From contig CALFNJ010000695.1 in the NCBI GenBank assembly GCA_937902865.1, positions 1-24,873 on the forward strand: DNA of 24,873 bases, given 5' to 3'. The stretch comes from an uncultured Opitutaceae bacterium. Its GTDB lineage: Bacteria > Verrucomicrobiota > Verrucomicrobiia > Opitutales > Opitutaceae. This document shows positions 20,083-24,873 of this stretch, in pieces (the stretch's first letter is position 1; every line of letters begins with the position of its first letter). The translations under genes were made by a program, and so were the position numbers. The notes under the pieces are model-generated. The model did no database searches. It saw only the letters and a list, made by a program, of their open reading frames with translations, and was not told where the DNA came from.

Positions 20083-20107
20083 ATCTGGAACTCAGGAAAT
20101 CAGGAAC
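20083..20107 (+). repeat. Solo 25-mer ATCTGGAACTCAGGAAATCAGGAAC
   Basis: Identical to 5241-5265 and to the reverse complement of 23345-23369. Confidence 0.9.
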
Positions 20108-20140
20108 GAACCACGAGCGATTATTCGGCGCTCAACTCCC

Positions 20141-20371
20141 ATGAAGGCTTCTTTGTTTTCCCGCTTTGTTCTGCTCGCGAGTGTTTCGTTGCTTGGCGGA
20201 TGTGAGTCCGCGCGCATCGCGAAAAAGGCGGATGCGTACCGTCGGTCAGGCGCGGCGCCGAGTCTGCTCGAGGCGCAACGCATGGCGGAAAATTACTACT
20301 GGCCGGAGAGCGCTCATCTCCAGGAGGACCAGCGGCGGTTTGAAGCCGCGGCTCGCGCCGCCAAGCCGTGA
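20141..20371 (+). CDS. Small putative lipoprotein (76 aa)
   Basis: Basic N-terminus, hydrophobic stretch and lipobox LGG-C (MKASLFSRFVLLASVSLLGGC). Confidence 0.7.
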   Translation: MKASLFSRFVLLASVSLLGGCESARIAKKADAYRRSGAAPSLLEAQRMAENYYWPESAHLQEDQRRFEAAARAAKP

Positions 20372-20375
20372 GCAG

Positions 20376-21758
20376 CTAAACGGCCGATCCGATCAGACCG
20401 GTCAGTGCGGCGATCTCCGCGCGGCTTTCCAGATTGCCCATGAGATTGTTTTGTTCTCCGGGATCCTTTTCCAAATCGAAGAACAGCCACGGCGAGCCGT
20501 CGGCGTTCACGACGAGCTTCCTTTGCGGCGTGCGCACACCACGCCAGACTCGGTCGCACTGCTGCGGGAACGGCACCACGCTCGGCATGGAAATCAGCGC
20601 GTGCGTGCCTGAAGCCGGAGGCCGGACTCCGGACGCCCAAGCTAGTGTCATCGCGGTCAAATCAACCAGCGATACCGCCTCATCGCTCCGCCGTCCAACT
20701 GCCGTCGTCTGGCTTCCGTCCTCCGCCGTCCGGCCTCCGGCATCGGGCACCCGTCTCCCTTCATCGCGCGGGCCGCGGACCAGTAGCGGCACGCGCACGG
20801 ACTCCTCGTGCGGCCAGCCTTTCCGGAAAAGTCCGTGCGCACCATGCATGTCGCCATGCACGCTCGTGAAGACGACGATCGCATCCTGGAATTCATCCGC
20901 CGCGAGCAACCGGCCGATCGCCGCATCGGTCGCCTCGAGATGCGCGTAATAGCCGGCAAGTTCTCGGCGCGCTTTCGCCTCCACCTCGCCGCCCCGCGGC
21001 ACATTGGCCGGCAGCACGATCTCCCGCGGATCGCGCGCCCGTACTCCCGCCGCCGGCGCATCATACGGCGGATGCGGAGCTTCGAGGCTGAGAACACAAA
21101 AGCCCGGACGACGGATGACGGACGACGGTGAACTGGTCGCAGTGTGATCGATCCGAGTATGGCTCTTGTCCTGAGCCGAACCAGAGCCTGCTGCAGGCGA
21201 TTCCGCCTTCCGCCTTCCGCCTTCCGCCTTCATCCACGCGCCTGCTCGCGCGCAGAGCACGTCGCTCTGGTAGCCCTCGAATCGCATCGGTTGCGGCAAA
21301 CGCGTGCCGTGCAGCCAGGGATCGTTCAACAGGAAGCCGCTCTCGAAGCCTTCCCAGAATTCGAAACCGCTCCGCGCCTCCGGCGGCACGACGGTCCGTG
21401 CGTGTGCTTCCCCGACGAGCGGCGCCTGGGGATCCCGCCGGCCGAGGTGCCACTTGCCGAAAAACGCCGTCGCATAGCCTTGCTCTCGCAGCCGATGCGC
21501 CACGGTCTTCGCGCCGGCCGGCAGCGGATCGAAATAATCCGCCACACCATTTTGTGGCGACGGCACGCCGGTAAGCATCGCCGCGCGGGCGAAAGGTCCG
21601 AACGGATGCGGCGTCACCGCCTGCGCGTAGTTGACGGACGCGGCCGCGAGCCGATCGAGATGCGGCGTTCGCGCATTCGGGTCGCCCGCATAGCCGCACG
21701 CCTGCGCCCGCCACTGGGTGGTCACGATCCAGAGTATGTTCGGCTGCGGTACGCTCAT
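20376..21758 (-). CDS. Sulfatase-fold protein lacking the catalytic Cys/Ser and two metal-binding Asp residues
   Basis: PNILWI, TPHLDRLA, RAAMLTG, GYATAFFGKWHLG, PHPPY, EESVRVPLLVR, FDLEKDPGEQNNL. ATG at 21758 (460 aa). Confidence 0.88.
   Translation of the reverse strand: MSVPQPNILWIVTTQWRAQACGYAGDPNARTPHLDRLAAASVNYAQAVTPHPFGPFARAAMLTGVPSPQNGVADYFDPLPAGAKTVAHRLREQGYATAFFGKWHLGRRDPQAPLVGEAHARTVVPPEARSGFEFWEGFESGFLLNDPWLHGTRLPQPMRFEGYQSDVLCARAGAWMKAEGGRRKAESPAAGSGSAQDKSHTRIDHTATSSPSSVIRRPGFCVLSLEAPHPPYDAPAAGVRARDPREIVLPANVPRGGEVEAKARRELAGYYAHLEATDAAIGRLLAADEFQDAIVVFTSVHGDMHGAHGLFRKGWPHEESVRVPLLVRGPRDEGRRVPDAGGRTAEDGSQTTAVGRRSDEAVSLVDLTAMTLAWASGVRPPASGTHALISMPSVVPFPQQCDRVWRGVRTPQRKLVVNADGSPWLFFDLEKDPGEQNNLMGNLESRAEIAALTGLIGSAV
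20609..20636 (+). repeat. Intragenic heptamer array x4
   Basis: ctgaagc cggaggc cggactc cggacgc. Confidence 0.6.
20688..20764 (+). repeat. Intragenic degenerate heptamer array x11
   Basis: ccgccgt ccaactg ccgtcgt ctggctt ccgtcct ccgccgt ccggcct ccggcat cgggcac ccgtctc ccttcat. Confidence 0.7.
21106..21230. repeat. Intragenic bipartite heptamer element
   Basis: ggacgac ggatgac ggacgac ggtgaac at 21106-21133 and perfect tt(ccgcctt)x4 at 21201-21230. Confidence 0.8.
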
Positions 21759-21816
21759 CGGATCAGGCGGATGCCATTGAAGATCGAACGGTGGTCGTGG
21801 AAAGCCAAACCGCCGA

Positions 21817-22401
21817 TCAACGAACCAGCGGTCCACTCTGCTTCGCAAAGCTGTCAACGTCGCTTCGCCGATCGAACCGAAGTTTTACTCCGGAAAAACC
21901 GTCGAACAATTTCTTGTGCCCAAAATGGGAGCTGGCCGTGGTCCGTGTCCCATATTCCGAGCACCAAGCCACCAGCTTCCGAAAATTTTCATCCGCCGCG
22001 ACCGGATCCCGCTGTTCCGCACTTTCCGAGCCGCGTTCCCGCAAACCGGCCTCACAGGTCGCCCAAGGGAGATCGAGCCAGATCAACAGGTCCGCTAGAT
22101 CGACGAAGCGCCCAGCGAGATCGCCGAACACGCCTTCGACAATCCACGCCGAGGTCGCTCGCTGCCCGGCAATCAACTCGTCCACCTGGGCGGAAGGCCG
22201 CTTCTCGTTGAACCCACCAGGGAGCCAGAAAATTGAATCGAGCGAAACAGCCGGAATTCCAAGTGATGCACTCAGGCGGCGCGCCAAGTGGCTTTTCCCC
22301 GAACCTCCGTTGCCGACGATCACCACGCGTCGGGCGGAAATCCTGGGAATCGCGACGCCCCTGCCGGCTGGCGCTTGGTTAAACGGATCGGGGCGCTGCA
22401 T
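21817..22401 (-). CDS. P-loop kinase, adenylate-kinase-like / FlaR (topology modulation protein) type
   Basis: RRVVIVGNGGSGKSHLARRL, LDSIFWLPG, WIVEG, ADLLIWLDLP. Start uncertain (ATG at 22401 chosen). Confidence 0.8.
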   Translation of the reverse strand: MQRPDPFNQAPAGRGVAIPRISARRVVIVGNGGSGKSHLARRLSASLGIPAVSLDSIFWLPGGFNEKRPSAQVDELIAGQRATSAWIVEGVFGDLAGRFVDLADLLIWLDLPWATCEAGLRERGSESAEQRDPVAADENFRKLVAWCSEYGTRTTASSHFGHKKLFDGFSGVKLRFDRRSDVDSFAKQSGPLVR

Positions 22402-22503
22402 TTGCCGCCTGAATTTAGCGGACCGAGCATTCAGCACACGTCTGTTTTCAATCGAACCGATCCATCGATCCGGCGCCACAAGCGGGCGCGTGTCACCTGC
22501 CGC

Positions 22504-22519
22504 TTCCTGAGTTCCTGAT
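22504..22519 (-). repeat. Partial or variant copy of the GGAACTCAGGAA element
   Basis: Reverse complement atcaggaactcaggaa, 8 nt past the stop of the 22528..23325 gene. Confidence 0.65.
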
Positions 22520-22527
22520 GTTCAGGT

Positions 22528-23325
22528 TCAGGATTTCGTGTCCGGAAGATTGAGTTCCCGCACCCAGATGTTGCGAAAGGAAACCGGCGTGCGGTGGTCC
22601 TGCAGCAGCAGGGGAAGCTTGGCGGCATGCGCCTCGTACGGAGGCAGCTTGGGCAGGTTGTAGGTGGGCCCATTGGGCGTGGGACCGGTCAGGGCGACGT
22701 TGAACTGGACGAGCACCCCGTTCTGAAACGCGGTGATCCGGGCCGGCGAGAGCAGCTTGCCGTCGGCGCTGAAACGGGGGGCGATGAAAATGGCGTCATA
22801 GACCTGCCATTCGCCCGGTCCACGCGACGCGTCCACCAGCGGCGCGTGCTCCTTGTAGACGGATCCGCTCTGGCCGTTCACGTAGGTGGGATTGTTGGTG
22901 GAATCGAGGATCTGCAGCTCGTACAAGCCCATGAAGAACACCCCGCTGTTGCCGCGGTCCTGGCCGTTGCCCTTGACGACGGCCGGCGTGCGAAATTCGG
23001 CGTGCAGCTGGATGTCGCCAAAAGCGCGCTTCGTCTGCTGGTCACACGGGCGCGCAGGTGCCGGGGTCGGAATGACGACCATCGCTCCGTCCTCGATCCG
23101 CCACGGATGGCCGTTGGGCTGCACGGGTTCCCAGGCATCGAGGTCGGTGCCGTCGAACAGCACGATCGCGTCCGACGGTACGCTCCCGACGGGCGTGGCG
23201 ACGACCGGCGGGATGGGCGTCCACACCTCGGTGAGCGTGTACGGCGGCGGCGCTTTTTCCGCGGCGGCGCCGGCCGCGTTGACAACGAAAAGAGCGAGGG
23301 GAAAGGCAAGAAGGCCAAAGCGCAT
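22528..23325 (-). CDS. Secreted DUF1080 (3-keto-disaccharide hydrolase family) protein
   Basis: Signal peptide MRFGLLAFPLALFVVNAAGA; IVLFDGTDL, FGDIQLHAEF, RGNSGVFF, YELQILD, GEWQVYDAIF, LLLQDH, FRNIWVREL. 265 aa. Confidence 0.9.
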   Translation of the reverse strand: MRFGLLAFPLALFVVNAAGAAAEKAPPPYTLTEVWTPIPPVVATPVGSVPSDAIVLFDGTDLDAWEPVQPNGHPWRIEDGAMVVIPTPAPARPCDQQTKRAFGDIQLHAEFRTPAVVKGNGQDRGNSGVFFMGLYELQILDSTNNPTYVNGQSGSVYKEHAPLVDASRGPGEWQVYDAIFIAPRFSADGKLLSPARITAFQNGVLVQFNVALTGPTPNGPTYNLPKLPPYEAHAAKLPLLLQDHRTPVSFRNIWVRELNLPDTKS

Positions 23326-23344
23326 GGGGCGGGTGACGGGGATG

Positions 23345-23369
23345 GTTCCTGATTTCCTGAGTTCCAGAT
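23345..23369 (-). repeat. Solo 25-mer ATCTGGAACTCAGGAAATCAGGAAC
   Basis: gttcctgatttcctgagttccagat, filling most of the 46-bp spacer between the two DUF1080 genes. Confidence 0.9.
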
Positions 23370-23371
23370 GA

Positions 23372-24232
23372 TTATTTCTCCGCGAACTCCGCCGGCATCG
23401 CCGTGATCGGCGTGATCTCGACGTTGCGGTAATAGACCTCCGCGCCCTCGGTCTGGAGGCTGATCTGGCCGGACGAAATCGGTGCGGGCGCCGCGCCGTC
23501 GATGCGCTCGGCATTGTGCAGGCGCATCACCACCACGCCATTGACGACGTGCATGCTGTCCGCGCCAAAGCAGTAGAGATCCAGCGTGTTCCATTCACCC
23601 TTCGGCTTCTCCGGATCGCCCAGCTTGACGGCGCGGTTGCCGATCGGCGCCTTCTGCTCGAAGAGCGTGGGCTCGCCTTTCGGATCGTAGAGCCAGAGGC
23701 GGCCGTCCTTGCGGGCGTTCACCGTGATGCGCGTGGCCAGGGCGTAGAGATCGCCGATCTCGTGCTCCTGGATCTGAAACTCGATCGATCGCGGCCACAT
23801 GACGTGCTCAAAACCCAACGGACCGTGGCAAAAGTAGAGCAGACCGCAGTCGCGCGGCTGGTTGACCTTGATGCTCCATTTCTTCTCGCCCCACCTCATC
23901 TGCAGGCGGAGATGAAAGTTTCCATACGACTCCTTCGTCGTGATGGTGCCGAAGCCCTGACCCGTGACATAAATCACCGGACCGCCGTCGACCGTGCGCA
24001 CGTTGAACACCTTCAGCGGGTCCTTGTTCAGCCCGATCGACTCGAGGTATTTGCCGTTCGCATCGCGCTTCACTCCGGGCACGTCCCAAGCGGAATCGGG
24101 GGTCGCCAGGAACATGTCCCAGTTGCTCAGATCCTTTCCGTTGAACAGCGGCTTCCAGGCGTCCGCCGCCTGAACGTGAATCGAACCAACGCAGCACAGC
24201 AGCGCCGCGGCGAAAATTGCGGGGTATTTCAT
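23372..24232 (-). CDS. Secreted DUF1080 (3-keto-disaccharide hydrolase family) protein
   Basis: Signal peptide MKYPAIFAAALLCCVGSIHVQA; WKPLFNGKDLSNW, YGNFHLRLQMRWG, EFQIQE, GEWNTL, GQISLQTEGAEVYYRNVEI. ATG at 24232 (286 aa). Confidence 0.92.
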   Translation of the reverse strand: MKYPAIFAAALLCCVGSIHVQAADAWKPLFNGKDLSNWDMFLATPDSAWDVPGVKRDANGKYLESIGLNKDPLKVFNVRTVDGGPVIYVTGQGFGTITTKESYGNFHLRLQMRWGEKKWSIKVNQPRDCGLLYFCHGPLGFEHVMWPRSIEFQIQEHEIGDLYALATRITVNARKDGRLWLYDPKGEPTLFEQKAPIGNRAVKLGDPEKPKGEWNTLDLYCFGADSMHVVNGVVVMRLHNAERIDGAAPAPISSGQISLQTEGAEVYYRNVEITPITAMPAEFAEK

Positions 24233-24459
24233 CGCCGGGAAAATGAGCCGCGCTGATACGTCAGCGCAATTCAGGAGATGAAGAGTGAAAATAAGGAGGT
24301 CCGAAAACCAATCCGTTACGTCGCGGAGGGACTCAGCCGAAAAATCCCGACCTCCCAAGGACAAGCGCCAAAGAAAATCCAAGCAGGGTGAAACACGGAC
24401 GGGATTGCGCCTGAAGTCGGGTTGATTGTCGCACGGCTTCGCGCTTGTCTGGTCGCTCC

Positions 24460-24873
24460 ATGAAACCCTTCGCAGCGGGGCGGCCCTATTGGTGGCAGTG
24501 GCCCACCGTGCTTTCGCTCGACGCGCCGGCGGTCGCGCTGCTGTGGCAATGGCAGCTGGCGAGGGCCGCGCGGATCACGCTGGGCTGGCCGCAGGCGTTC
24601 ATCCTGGGGATTTCGGTCTGGCTGGCCTACGTCGCCGACCGCTGGATCGAGGGCTGGCGGCTGGTGCCGGCGCAGATCCGGACACAGCGGCACGCGTTCT
24701 ATCAGCGGTGGCGCTGGCCAATCGCCGCCGTCTGGGTGCTGGCACTTGCGGCGGACCTGACCGTGTCCTTTCAGCGGCTGTCCGCGCGCGAGTTCGAAGC
24801 GGGACTGGTGCTGCTCGCGCCCGTGCTGGCCTACCTGCTTTCACACCAATTGGTCCACCGGCATCACGCGTGG
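24460..24873 (+). CDS. Membrane protein, possibly UbiA-prenyltransferase-like (3' truncated)
   Basis: Not in the ORF track (no stop before the edge). Manual translation: MKPFAAGRPYWWQWPTVLSLDAPAVALLWQW...ISVWLAYVADRWIEG...RHAFYQRW..., with several TM segments. YxxDR resembles the first acidic motif of UbiA-like proteins. Confidence 0.65.
   Translation, partial: MKPFAAGRPYWWQWPTVLSLDAPAVALLWQWQLARAARITLGWPQAFILGISVWLAYVADRWIEGWRLVPAQIRTQRHAFYQRWRWPIAAVWVLALAADLTVSFQRLSAREFEAGLVLLAPVLAYLLSHQLVHRHHAW

Noticed and set aside
21759-21816. Integron attC site after the lower-GC kinase gene
   Set aside because: No RYYYAAC...GTTRRRY core pair or matching hairpin on either strand.
5241-23369. Identical 25-mers as a CRISPR array
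   Set aside because: Copies are kilobases apart, on both strands, have no regular spacers, and no cas genes are present.
24341-24383. CCAAG-rich stretch resembling another heptamer repeat family
   Set aside because: Unit spacing is irregular (6, 7, 11 nt) and there is no second copy in the window; too degenerate to call.

Overview
GC-rich bacterial chromosomal window. Gene content, repeat style and start codons without Shine-Dalgarno (SD) motifs suggest Verrucomicrobiota, probably Opitutaceae (inference). Genes in order: 5' end of kdsA, pyrG, a small membrane protein, a DUF6941-like protein, a PfkB kinase, proA, a secreted Pro/Ala-rich protein, a small conserved hypothetical protein, bifunctional birA, then a co-directional run of GldA-like ATPase, GldF-like permease, GldG-like protein, multi-DUF4340 protein and AsmA-like protein. 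After that come a CHASE/PAS hybrid histidine kinase, a small lipoprotein, a sulfatase-fold protein, a lower-GC P-loop kinase, two DUF1080 proteins and a truncated membrane protein. No rRNA, tRNA, CRISPR array, transposase or integrase was seen. Three things stand out. (1) The sulfatase homologue has lost its nucleophile and two metal-binding Asp residues and carries in-frame 7-bp repeat arrays. (2) Most intergenic spacers hold short palindromic or periodic elements; several look unrelated but share a three-unit CRCVRAR architecture, and one supplies the PyrG C-terminal tail. (3) The Gld-like ABC genes, DUF4340 and AsmA may encode an envelope-spanning transport machine. All product calls come from motif recognition by eye; no database search was run.
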